Source of the DNA: Tubulanus polymorphus
Lineage: Eukaryota; Animalia; Nemertea
Length of the DNA stretch: 64,000 nucleotides
Direction of reading: 5' to 3'
NCBI RefSeq assembly: GCF_964204645.1
Contig: NC_134030.1
Span: 16,182,110-16,246,109, forward strand
The notes beneath the pieces are model-generated. The model did not search any database and was not told the DNA's origin. It was given only the letters and a program-made list of their open reading frames with translations. Both the position numbers and the translations under genes were made by a program. Below are positions 1-10,477 of this stretch, piece by piece (position 1 is the stretch's first letter; each line of letters opens with the position of its first letter).

Positions 1-6
1 TTTTAA

Positions 7-435
7 GAGTTAATATTAAAACCAGATTCTAAAATATCATTAAAAGATGGAATAAAATTATTATTTAAATTAGAAGGTATAACAATTCTTTCAATTCTAA
101 CAGCTGTAACTATGTTATTTACAACAATTGGTTTAGCTATATCAAATTCACTGAAATCTACGCCTACTCCCAATAAACCGGATAAACCCCCAAATGATAA
201 TAATTCTATACAAGATAAAGTTAAGGATGGTTTGAAAAAATTAGCAAAATATTTATGGGAACTATCTAAAAAATCTGCTGCAGCTTTACCCGGAGTTATT
301 GCGTCAATTGTTCGTTTTATATTGAAATCTGCAGGGAATATTCTTAACTTTGCTGCTGAACATATTATTTTATTTTTAATTACAGTTGTAAGTGCAATTA
401 TTTTTGGATTAATGAATATGATAAAAAATAAATAA
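7..435 (+). pseudogene. C-terminal part of conserved Polinton coiled-coil/membrane protein (homologue of 12950-14395)
   Basis: Near-identical to the C-terminus of the 481-aa ORF of element A; in-frame stop at 4-6. Confidence 0.8.
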
Positions 436-455
436 TTAATTTTTTTGTTAAATAA

Positions 456-1704
456 ATGAGTGGGAGTTATATAAGTCCTTCTAAGAATCATAGAATATCT
501 AATGCTATTAAAGCAGAAAGATCACATCATATAATTACTCATAACCCTTCTAATATTAATCCTGATGAAACTTTATATGTTAGAATTCCTCGATTAACGC
601 AAAATACTTTTTATGTTCCAAATAGTATTTATTTATCAGCTGATATAAAAGTAACCGGTAATAATAATAATTATGTTGTCGATAATGTTGGAAGATATTT
701 GATTAAAAAATTAACTATAAAGATTGGTCCAGAAACAGTTTTCTCATTAGATGATTATAATTTATTTATGCATTATAAAGATTTATGGTTAACTAAAGAA
801 AATAGAAATAATATGATATTTCAAGGAATCCAATCAGAAAACCAAAATAAATTAAGATCAGAAGCACATAATGCAATATTAACTAATGCTATAGGTAAAT
901 TGATAAAAAGGATATATGGAAGCAAATATAAAATTCCATTAGACTTTGAATTGATAAATAATAATGCACCTTTATATAAATACGCAATTCAAGAAGATGT
1001 TATATTCGAAATAACATTTGCTCCTGTTAATGAAATTGTAATATTTAGCGTTAATAAAGATATCGGTTATAAATTATCGAATATATGTTTAGAATATGAT
1101 ACAGTAACTGATGTAAATATTGCTAGAACAATTCAAACTCAATACAATCAAGGATTTTCATTATTATATGATTATATTGATAAATTTAAAACTGTAACTA
1201 TTAATGCAAGTGATGAAATTATTAATGAGAATATAAACTTCCCAAGAAGATCTATTAAAGGTATATTAATATTTTTTACCATTGCAACATATACTAATGG
1301 CGCAATACAGGTTGATAAGTATTATAATCCTGAAATAACAAAAGTAGAAATAACCATCGAAGGAATAGCAAATAAAATATTTTGTCAAGGAATGAGAATG
1401 ATTGATCAATGGCCAGAAATTAGAAAACATTTTATGAATGAAAAAGTAAAATCATCTGAAAATTGTAATATTAATCAAATTGATTATTATACCGGTAATA
1501 AATATGCATTATGGTTAGATTTTAGAACAACAGAGGATAATTCATTACATGGTTCTGGGAAAAAAACTACAAAATACAAAATATGGAATACAATTATTCA
1601 TGACAAAGAAAAGAGGAGACTAAAATTTCAAAATGCACATTTATATTATATCTGACGCGCAATTAAATATTGTAAATTCTCAATTAAATAGTGTTATGTA
1701 TTAA
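456..1704 (+). pseudogene. Major capsid protein (double jelly-roll), frameshifted near 1560
   Basis: Closely similar to the intact 415-aa ORF 11659-12906; frame slips in an A-run after LHGSGKK; SDAQLNI tail in another frame ends at TAA 1702-1704. Confidence 0.8.
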
Positions 1705-1753
1705 GTGTTATGAAATATTAAAATTTTAACTTTAATAAAAAATCTTATATTAA

Positions 1754-2959
1754 ATGGAAGGTGGAATATATGAAATACGAACTCCAAGTGAAATGATATC
1801 AGATATATATTATATATTACCTCATGATGAATACAGTAAGTATTTTTGAGAATACTTTAATCAATTCAAATATAGAATAAGTAAAATAAAAGATAATATT
1901 GAAACTAAAATAGAAAATAATATTGAACCTAAAATAGAAGATAAGAATGATATTGAATCTAAAATAGAAGATAATATTGAAACTAAAATAGAAGATAGTA
2001 ATAATATTGAAACTAAAATAGAAGATGTAACAGCATCTACATCTTATAATATACCCCCTACATATGATATTGAATCAAAAAAAGATTATTATAATCCAAA
2101 ATATTGTGATGTATGTAAGAAATATATATCATATAAAAATTGGGCATCACATAAGAAATCAAAGAAACATATAGAAAAAGAAAAGAATAATAATGCTAAT
2201 AATATATCAGTTAGTAATATAAAAGATAATTTAATAAATAATGTTAATACAATTGAAACTAATGATACCATAGATAATATAACAGATAATGTAATAAATA
2301 ATGTTAACCCAATTGAAACTAATGATAATGATATAACAGATAATGAAATAATTGATGATCCTAAAAAACATTGTAACATTTGTGATTTAGATATTACTAA
2401 AAGTAATTTTTCTAAACATAAAAAATCTAAGGGGCACATAGAAAATGAAAGGGAGTTAGAAGAATATAAAAAGAAATTAGAAAGAAATAAAACATGTCAA
2501 TATTGTAATAAGAAAATTGAACCTGTTGATGAAAATACTCATTATAAATCAAAATTACATCTAATCAATGTTTATAAAAAGGTGGGTATGTTACCATTGT
2601 TAGATAAACCAAAGAAATATATCAAATATTTGAATCCTGAAACTAAACAATATTATAGATTCTTTAAGTTGCTATTTGATAAATTGTTAGCTTATGCAGA
2701 AGATTATCCTAAACAAATATATAAATTAGCGTATAATAGAGACCTACTTTCAATTTATTTAATAGAAGATTTTGAATTTGATTTTGATGGTGATAATTAT
2801 TATGATTACTTTGAAAAATTAAGAATAAAAGCTGGATTAAGTGATGATGAACGTAGAATGAAGGGTGAAATAGAATTAATAAATATGCCAAAGACTGATG
2901 ATGAATTTGATATAAACAAAGATGATTTTATAAATGTATTAGAAACAAAATTAGAATGA
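1754..2959 (+). pseudogene. Multi-Zn-finger (C2H2/matrin-like) protein with IETKIEDN repeats
   Basis: TAAATG start at 1754; CDVC..H...H, CNIC..H...H and CQYC motifs; ~24-bp repeats at 1885-2030; N-terminus homologous to 59770-60043; internal stop. Confidence 0.65.
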
Positions 2960-3025
2960 TTATTATAAAACTATTTATTATATATTACTGTTTCAATAAT
3001 GATAAAATAAAAATTTATTATTTAG

Positions 3026-3110
3026 GGACTAGACGTACGTAAGAATCCAAGAATTCTAACCTTCTTACTTTCTTGACAAGAATACTTGGATAATTACGTA
3101 CGTCCAATCC
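3026..3110. terminator. Long imperfect palindrome between convergent Zn-finger and ATPase genes
   Basis: GACGTACGTAA..ATCCAAG arm pairs with CTTGGAT..TTACGTACGTC. Terminator role is inferred from position only. Confidence 0.45.
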
Positions 3111-3147
3111 ATAGAAATATAAATTAGTTTCTATAATATTTCAAATT

Positions 3148-3757
3148 TTATTTCATAAACTTATATTCATATGGAAATTGTAGTCTCAGTAATAATTTTG
3201 AACGTTTATTATTCTTTAATTTATTCATATATTCATCATGTAATTCAGTAGGTATAATTTGATTTTCTTCCAATGATTGTTGCATAGATTTTCTATCTTT
3301 ATTGTAGAATAAAACTAGAAATCTTATATTCTCCCTAAAGTCTTTAACAATTGAATTATATTTTTGATTTAAAACCAATGTTGTTATCCCGAAATGTCTC
3401 CCAGAGAAAGCTAGATAACATAACTCTTTCTCTAACTTTTGAATCATGTAAATTTGCACAATCATCTATAATGAATAATGTATTTGATCCTTTATAAGTA
3501 TCAATTGCTATTTTAATACAATTATCTACATTTTCTTTTACTGTTTTAGGATCTAATATAATAAACTTTTTCATCTTAACTATATCTCTATTATATGTTT
3601 TATTCATTTCATAAGTAAGACAGAATAATATTATATTATCAAAATGATTCTTATAAATAGTTTCTAACAAATCTAATATGAAATGTGTTTTACCACATTT
3701 TGTTACCCCAGTTATTAACATATTATGTGGTTCAAATATAAATAAATCTTTATTCAT
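3148..3757 (-). pseudogene. A32/FtsK-like packaging ATPase, frameshifted
   Basis: Walker A GVTKCGKT, Walker B FIIDD, GRHFGIT motif; split over two frames. Confidence 0.85.
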
Positions 3758-4839
3758 TTATTCTTTTAATTTTACTAGATAAAATCCATTCATTAAATTT
3801 ATCATCGTATCCTTTATATTTCACCAAAGAATACTTTTTTCCTTTATGAGTTTTTGTTTTCAATACTTTTTCTATTTTGTATTCTATTTCATCTGGGTTT
3901 GGTACAAGTGATAATTCTTGTTCATAGAAATAACTTATATTTCTTCATCTTTTATAACTTCTAATTTATAAACAAATGGTTTAGTTAATATTATCTTTTT
4001 AATTTTAAATATTTCTTCAGTAAAATTTGGAGTATAACCTTTATAAAATGTTTTCTATATTTAGATATTCTAACGTGTTGTCCAATTTTAAATCTAGGTT
4101 CACCGAAATCATGTGTAACAAACGCACCATATAAATTATTCCAAACTATTTCTGAATTATCTTCTTTTCTAGCTTGTATAGGTTTCATATTTATAGAACT
4201 ATGTTTAGAATTATAATAACCTTTCACTAAATCATCTAATACATCGATATATTCATATGTTTCATTAGCAGTAAAATATTTCCACATTCTAGTTTTCAAT
4301 GTTTTATTAAATCTTTCTATAATAGATGCTTTTTTATCTGAACGTGTTGAAAAATAATCTACATCGTTATCAGATAATAGTTTTTTAAAATGTTTATTAT
4401 AAAATTCCTTATCTTCATCAAATTGTATCTTATCTGGAATAGCTTCTTTAAATATTGATTTAAAAGCATTTGTCACTTCTATACCAGTTTTATTTTTGAT
4501 TGGAATTGACCATGCGTATCTACTGAATATGTCTATAACATTCAGTATCCAGAAATATCCTTTGTTGTATTCCTCTAAATTCTTTATGTCAATTAAATCT
4601 GCTTGCCATTGTTGATCGATATATGAAACCATAACTTTTCTTGTTAAATAAGTTTTATCCATTTTCTTGTGGATTTGATAGGTTGGTTGATTTTGTAACC
4701 ATGATTTTAATTCACTATATTTTATATTACCATTTTCTTTATCAGATTTAATTTTATTCCATAATTCTGAAACGCTAGAATATGATACTTCACTTTCTGG
4801 GTTGTAATATAAATCTCTTAAATACTGTTCTTTTTTCAT
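3758..4839 (-). pseudogene. Retroviral-type DDE integrase with C-terminal chromodomain, frameshifted
   Basis: WQADLID, IQFDE.KEF, IERFNKTLK motifs; chromodomain codons in 3758-3900. Confidence 0.85.
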
Positions 4840-4853
4840 CTTCTTTTAATCCA

Positions 4854-5216
4854 TTAATAATAATTTAGAATAGTTTCAATGAATTTATGATTTGACTTAT
4901 TTTCTGGTATAATAGGTTTATTATCATTGGAATCATTATTGTTATAATCAGATATATACTTAACTTTATATATTACACCAGAGAATATAATAACTGTTAC
5001 TAATCCAATTGTAATATATAATTTATTATTTCTTCCACTATTAGATGAATTAGATGGATTATCATTTGAATCAACATCAGGTAAAGTTTGTGACTCATTT
5101 ATATCAGTTAATTTCTTTTTCTTAGCTTTTTTCAATTCTGCAGATCTTTTACCTAATTCTCTTGCCCATTTAATTTGTTTCTCGGATCTAGGCTTCTTCT
5201 TGACATCATCACTCAT
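4854..5216 (-). CDS. Small basic protein with one TM helix (homologue of 8658-9026)
   Basis: KKPRSEKQIKW motif shared by four copies; hydrophobic stretch. Confidence 0.7.
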   Translation of the reverse strand: MSDDVKKKPRSEKQIKWARELGKRSAELKKAKKKKLTDINESQTLPDVDSNDNPSNSSNSGRNNKLYITIGLVTVIIFSGVIYKVKYISDYNNNDSNDNKPIIPENKSNHKFIETILNYY

Positions 5217-5820
5217 TAATTTTAGTTAATTTTTGTTCTGGTTCATTTTCTGTTTCACCGTTTGGTTGTCGTGCGGCGCCATCTGTTTCGTTCTTACCTG
5301 ATTTATATTCCATAGGGTTGATATTCGAAAATGTTATGACACCAGTAGAAATTAATGTCATAACCGATCCTAATTGGAATGAAGTATACCCAACCCATTT
5401 TTGTAATTCAGTCATAACTAAATAATCATTTTTCAAATCAGTATATAATTTATTTTCATCATCAATTGATATTAATCGGTTACATAACAGGTAACATTTG
5501 ACAATACCATCTGAAATAAAATCATTAATTCTAGCTAATCTAGCTTCTCCATAAATCTTAAAATATTTTATTACTTTATCTGGTTTCATAGAGTCTAGTT
5601 CTTGAAAAGTAATGGTCTTAGTTAAAAATTGTTTACATTTACCACTAGCAATAAGTAACTCAAGATGGTGTTTACAATATAAATAGTATTCATAATCTAT
5701 ATTGTTATTAACTTCAATATTATTTTCAATTTTGGTTGGAATATCCTTATTATCACTAATACCTAAATCATCTAATGTTTTTTCAATATCGGCAATATTC
5801 TTACTCGATTTCTTTGACAT
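5209..5820 (-). CDS. Conserved Polinton hypothetical protein (~200 aa, C-terminal hydrophobic helix)
   Basis: Homologous to 8959-9564, 32084-32689 and 56287-56872; ATAAATG start. Confidence 0.7.
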   Translation of the reverse strand: MSKKSSKNIADIEKTLDDLGISDNKDIPTKIENNIEVNNNIDYEYYLYCKHHLELLIASGKCKQFLTKTITFQELDSMKPDKVIKYFKIYGEARLARINDFISDGIVKCYLLCNRLISIDDENKLYTDLKNDYLVMTELQKWVGYTSFQLGSVMTLISTGVITFSNINPMEYKSGKNETDGAARQPNGETENEPEQKLTKINE

Positions 5821-6050
5821 TTATATTAGAGGCAAAAGCTAAAAAAATATTACTAGTATGATACTAGTATCTCTTTGGGCTAATACTAACTTGATTAGGT
5901 TACTAAAAGTTAAAGAATTTTTTATTTGAATCTATTAAAAATATAAACTATTCTCTTTTTGAAAAGAATTGCAAAAGAAAATATTAAAAATATAATAGAA
6001 TTAACTAGCTAGTTGAAGTTATTGTTTTTTAATATTTTTTATTTAAATTA

Positions 6051-6140
6051 GGATTTAATATCTCACTACTATTGTCTATCTATAGGAGCGGTAACTATTA
6101 CTGTCCAGATAAGTCATTTCGGATCCTCGATAATAAATCC
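6051..6140 (-). ncRNA. Candidate conserved structured element (copy in element 0)
   Basis: Reverse complement contains ATCCGAAATGACTTATCTGGACA..GCTCC..ATAGATAGACAATAGTAGTGAGATAT closed by GGATTTA/TAAATCC. Confidence 0.45.
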
Positions 6141-6953
6141 TCAAACTGAAAATAAATTCAAAGAAACGACTGGTGGAATTACTATTTCATAAACACATAT
6201 ATTTTATTCTACAATCATTATCGATTTCCACATTCCAAGCCGCTCAGGAGCCGAGCGGTAAGGTATGCGTGGAATGCAGGAATCAATAAAGTATAATACA
6301 ACATCTGTCACTGCGACATTAACAACAGCTGAATGACGCAATTGAAATTCCGGCAAACGTAATGCATTGAAAGCCTATACAGTAAGGCTAAACTGCTACA
6401 GTTTCATGAGTTGAAATATCCATAATTTCTGATTCCACATCCTCCTATCTTCACTTTCTTGGTTTAAATAGCAATGGTCTTCTTGTTACGCGTAGCATTT
6501 TGTTATCTAAAAGATAAATATCTAGCGTAGAATAAAACTAACTTGAAGTTGTAGTTTTCAAATAAGATTAATACACTTAAACATGTTTAACGTTTCCCGA
6601 CGCTTTAATAACAACAAAAACAGTACTTACATTTATAACTATAAACTCCTAATTGTGTTTCTAGAGAAAAATCTTATACGTTCTATATATTCCGTCTGTT
6701 CAGTTCGGGTGTTGTAATGCGACTGCGCTCAATATACCCAGGCCCTGTCTGTCTAAGCAACAGATGTTCCTTTGTGATGTAATTGATTAATCCTTTTCAA
6801 CTGAAATAGCACATTCGATCAAATGAGGTACACCCCATTCAACTGAATATAAAATGTGGCACAGATGTTTTTCGTAAACAACCTACAGCTAACCTAATAC
6901 AATTGCATATAGGCGGTTTGACATAGATCGAGAGTAACCGGTTTTCTAAGCGC

Positions 6954-7168
6954 TTAAGCTTCAACGTATTTTTCATAATGTGTTGAATTCCATAATTCAA
7001 CAAATGTCTTTGCTTTATCCAGTCGATCTAAATATAACTGTAAATCTAGTTTATTAGATTTAATTATGTTTTCCTTCTTTTCTAAAGGTCTTAAATTTCT
7101 CCAGCTCCATATTAGCTTCTTATTATAATCATCACTCATATCAAATTTAGAAATCGGCAACACATGAT
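6954..7168 (-). pseudogene. HNH endonuclease, C-terminal fragment (gene split by a solo LTR and by element A)
   Basis: HVLPISKF..WRNLRPLEKKEN matches intact HNH 31011-31685; middle piece NYVEYFHIDH at 8032-8066; N-terminal piece at 24561-24880. Confidence 0.85.
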
Positions 7169-8031
7169 TGTCACGACCTTGCATTCATAACTTCATATAT
7201 TCATGCATTCTGCATGCATTCATAACTTCATATATTCATGCAGTCTGCATGCATGCATAGCTTATAGCTAGCTGTGTGTTTGTTGGGATCGGCGCACCTT
7301 TCTCAATGTGACCATTCAACCCTAGCGGTCAATTCTATATAAGATTTGGTTTAAGCGTCATTTCACTAGACACGACAAACCCGTCCAGCTGTTAGGACAC
7401 CGTATTGGGTGTAGTATAGTAACACATGTATGCTGTTCACGGGGTAAGTTAAACTATTCTAATATTCATTCTTAATAATCATTCCAAGCAAATTGCTTAA
7501 TAGATAAACCATTGTATTGTTCTATCTTCGGATAAATCTTTGTATTATAATCAAATAACATTACAATTGAGACGCACGTTTGGTTTGCAGGGTTTATGAC
7601 CCTTATAAATGTCGTAACAATAATTGTTGTTGTCTTTTAGTTTGTGAATTATATCCACTCAGATACGTCAAGTGAGTGCGTGTCTCGAAACCTCCCGTAC
7701 TCAAGCTACGTCAGTTAGTGCGGTTAACGTCTGAGCGCCTGATATTTCAGTTACTAACGGACGGTCGTCAACATTCGCAATATCCTGGGAGACTCGTCAT
7801 ACGTTGATCAGTGTGCACCCATCAAGGTCACGTCTCACTCGGATACCACCACGGCTCACTACTGGAGAAGTGTGATCAAACTCTAACTCTAACTCCATTC
7901 TAATTAACTATAGAAGTTACGTTGGAATAAATTTGTAATTCGTTTTGTTTTAATTTAAGAATTCTTGTCGTCCGTTGTTGATTCTCTGCTATCGGATATC
8001 CTATTGGGGTTTTCCACGGACCCTCGTGACA
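7169..8031. mobile_element. Solo LTR of an LTR retrotransposon
   Basis: TGTCACGA...TCGTGACA termini; 5-bp TSD ATGAT at 7164-7168 and 8032-8036; interrupts the HNH reading frame exactly. Confidence 0.85.
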
Positions 8032-8066
8032 ATGATCAATATGAAAGTATTCAACATAATTATTTA

Positions 8067-8185
8067 AGTAATTAGAAGATGGCGTTTTCAGATCAGAGGA
8101 CGAGAGGACGAGACACCACTCATCACCACAAGTAATTTTTTTTCCTACTCATCACCACAAGTAATTTTTTTTCCTAATAAATGGG
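8067..8185 (+). repeat. Left TIR of element A
   Basis: Reverse complement of 24440-24560; contains a ~28-bp internal duplication and the TAAATG start of ORF108. Confidence 0.93.
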
Positions 8186-8507
8186 AGATAGAAAAGCATT
8201 CTTAGCAACAATAAATAACAGAATAAAACCAGCAAAAAAACAATTTGAAATAAAAAAGTTAGTTGATGTTACAAAAGAAATTGAACATAAAATATTGAAA
8301 TTAGAAAAGATAAAAACTAAATATGGAGAGAAAGTATCAGCTAATTTAAGTTACTGTAATGTTAGTACATCGCGAGAATTTAAAGTGTTTTTACCCGATA
8401 AATGGGTTTCATTGAGTATGGAGGAATTGAAAGATTTAGTAGGATTTAAAATAATATATCATGGGAAAAATGAAGACGGTCATCATGATTTAGAAATTGT
8501 TGATTAA
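8181..8507 (+). CDS. Conserved 108-aa hypothetical protein (ORF108; TKYG/FLP motifs; possibly an OB-fold ssDNA-binding protein, unverified)
   Basis: Identical protein at 29603-29929; diverged relic at ~50250-50523. Confidence 0.75.
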   Translation: MGDRKAFLATINNRIKPAKKQFEIKKLVDVTKEIEHKILKLEKIKTKYGEKVSANLSYCNVSTSREFKVFLPDKWVSLSMEELKDLVGFKIIYHGKNEDGHHDLEIVD

Positions 8508-8525
8508 ATAAGAAATAAAAATAAT

Positions 8526-8602
8526 GAATATCTAGAATCCGAAATGACTTATCTGGACAATTTAATTGCTCCTCATAGATAGACAAAAGTAGTGAGATAT
8601 TC
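8526..8602 (+). ncRNA. Candidate conserved structured element (copy in element A)
   Basis: Closed by GAATATCT/AGATATTC; conserved core ATCCGAAATGACTTATCTGGAC; internal hairpin CAATT-T-AATTG. Confidence 0.45.
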
Positions 8603-8657
8603 AATTAATATTCAATTAATTAAAAAAATTATTTTTTTTTGCTTTTTTTCTTAAATA

Positions 8658-9026
8658 TTAATCCATTTTTTTTATTATTAATTTTGGAATTTCAGAAGTA
8701 CTTTCATTTTTGATAGCAGTTGGTTCAGAATTACTAATATCATGAATTTTATTTGATTTCTTATACCAATTACACCCAATCAAAATAAATACAATTACAA
8801 ATCCAACTGTAAAATATAAATATTTATCAAATATTCTACTATCAGAAGGAGTAGAAATAACAATATTTTCACCATTTTTATTAACATTTTTATTACTTAT
8901 TTTTTCTTTTACAGCTTTTTTATATTCTTGTGATTTAATTCCTAATTGTCGAGACCATTCAATTTGTTTCTGAGTTCTCGGTTTTTTCTTCACAGTTAAT
9001 TCCTTCACTTCTTTCACCTCGCTCAT
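8658..9026 (-). CDS. Small basic protein with one TM helix
   Basis: Intact ORF conserved in B, 0 and D. Confidence 0.75.
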   Translation of the reverse strand: MSEVKEVKELTVKKKPRTQKQIEWSRQLGIKSQEYKKAVKEKISNKNVNKNGENIVISTPSDSRIFDKYLYFTVGFVIVFILIGCNWYKKSNKIHDISNSEPTAIKNESTSEIPKLIIKKMD

Positions 9027-9564
9027 TTATTATAGAAATATTTTTACTTTCAATATTTGAAAATGTTATAACTCCAGTTGATAATAATGTCATAAATCCA
9101 CCTAATTGAAATGATAAATATCCAATCCATTTATTTAATTCAGTCATAACTAAATAATCATTTTTTAAATCGGAATATAATCTATTTTCATTTTCAATTG
9201 GTAGTATATAATTACATAATTTACTATAACCCTTTACTACATTTTCTGATATCGCGTCATTAATTCTAGCTGTTCTCGCGGCTTCATAAATTTTAAATAA
9301 TCTAATAATTTCATCTGATTTCATTGTATCTAGTTCATTATAAGTTAAATTTTTACTAACAAAATTTTTACATTTTCCAGATGCTATTAATATTTCTAAT
9401 TGATGTTTACAATAAAGATAATATTCATAATTATTATTTGTTGTAACATTATTTAAAGCACCATCATCTGGAATTAATTTGTTTTCTGTTATTCCTAAAT
9501 CATCTAAAGTTTTTTCAATTGGAACATCACCATTTTTAGATTTTATTTTCTTTTCACCCCCCAT
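8959..9564 (-). CDS. Conserved Polinton hypothetical protein (201 aa)
   Basis: Intact; ATAAATG start; homologues in the other elements. Confidence 0.75.
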   Translation of the reverse strand: MGGEKKIKSKNGDVPIEKTLDDLGITENKLIPDDGALNNVTTNNNYEYYLYCKHQLEILIASGKCKNFVSKNLTYNELDTMKSDEIIRLFKIYEAARTARINDAISENVVKGYSKLCNYILPIENENRLYSDLKNDYLVMTELNKWIGYLSFQLGGFMTLLSTGVITFSNIESKNISIINERGERSEGINCEEKTENSETN

Positions 9565-9594
9565 TTATATAACAAATAAATTAGTTGTGTTGTT

Positions 9595-9868
9595 GCAACT
9601 AGAATTCAACTAGAATGTAACTAGAATTCAACTAGATTAACAAGCTAGTTGAAATATTGTTGTTTTTGTTTATTTCTTGTTAAATCTAGTTGATTTTTGT
9701 TCCAACTACTAACAACTAGAATTCAACTAGAATGTAACTAAAAATATACTAGATTAACAAGCTTGTTAAAATATTGTTAAATCTATTTGATTTTTGTTCC
9801 AACTACTAATAACTAGAATTCAACAAGAATGTAACTAGAATTCAACTAGATTAACAAGCCAGTTGAAT
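9595..9868. repeat. Intergenic array of ~11-bp AACTAGAAT(TC/GT) repeats with inverted CTAGTTGA copies
   Basis: Directly visible; orthologous array at 32722-32970. Confidence 0.8.
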
Positions 9869-10477
9869 TTAAATAAATTCATATTTAAATGGGTGTTGTA
9901 ATCTAAATAGTAATTTTGATCTTTTAATATTTTTCAACTTATCCATATATTCATTATGTAAATCATGTGGAATAATATCATTTTCCTCAAGTGCATTTTT
10001 CATCGATTTTCTATCTTTATTGTAGAATAAAACTAGAAATCTAATGTTTTCTCTAAAATCTTTAACAATTGAATTATATTTTTGATTTAAAACCCAAGTT
10101 GTTATCCCAAAATGTCTTCCAGAGAAAGCCAAATAACATAACTCACTTTCTCTAACTTTTGAATCATGTAGATTAACACAATCATCTATGATAAATAATG
10201 TATTTGATCCTTTATAAATATCAATTGCTATTTTTATACAATTATCTAAATTTTCTTTTACTGTTTTAGGATCTAATATAATAAATTTATTATTCCTAGT
10301 AATATTTTTATCATAAGTTTGATTAAATTCATATGTTGGACAAAATAATACTATATTATCAAAATAGTTTTCATAAACAGTTTCTAATAAATTTAATATA
10401 AAATAAGTTTTTCCACAATTTGTTACACCAGAAATTAACATATTATGAGGCTCAAATATGAATAATTCCTTATTCAT
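9869..10477 (-). CDS. A32-like genome packaging ATPase
   Basis: GVTNCGKT Walker A, FIIDD Walker B, GRHFGITTWVLNQ. Confidence 0.92.
   Translation of the reverse strand: MNKELFIFEPHNMLISGVTNCGKTYFILNLLETVYENYFDNIVLFCPTYEFNQTYDKNITRNNKFIILDPKTVKENLDNCIKIAIDIYKGSNTLFIIDDCVNLHDSKVRESELCYLAFSGRHFGITTWVLNQKYNSIVKDFRENIRFLVLFYNKDRKSMKNALEENDIIPHDLHNEYMDKLKNIKRSKLLFRLQHPFKYEFI

Larger units (their letters stand above)
1..7168. mobile_element. Degraded Polinton/Maverick-like endogenous virus, family 2 (element 0); left part outside the window; continues at 8032-8066 and 24561-~24890
   Basis: Contains MCP, Zn-finger, ATPase, integrase and HNH homologues of elements A/B, with the same gene order as element D (inverted). 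Many frameshifts and stops. Confidence 0.85.

Noticed and set aside
3-491. Antisense ORFs such as 3-491, 12945-13421, 14118-14429, 34929-35462 and 41596-41781
   Set aside because: Shadows of conserved genes on the opposite strand; no TAAATG start or protein motifs.
6146-6950. Spliced host exon or group I intron around the HNH gene
   Set aside because: Splice-like signals give no open exon, and group I P7 (R/S) consensus sequences were not found.
8526-8602. Hammerhead, twister or SECIS assignment for the conserved element
   Set aside because: CGAAA, AUGA and GACAAAAGU are suggestive, but the CUGAUGA core, twister pseudoknots and SECIS helix spacing are missing.
9595-9868. CRISPR-like array in the virus
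   Set aside because: Short degenerate tandem repeats without spacers and no cas-like genes.
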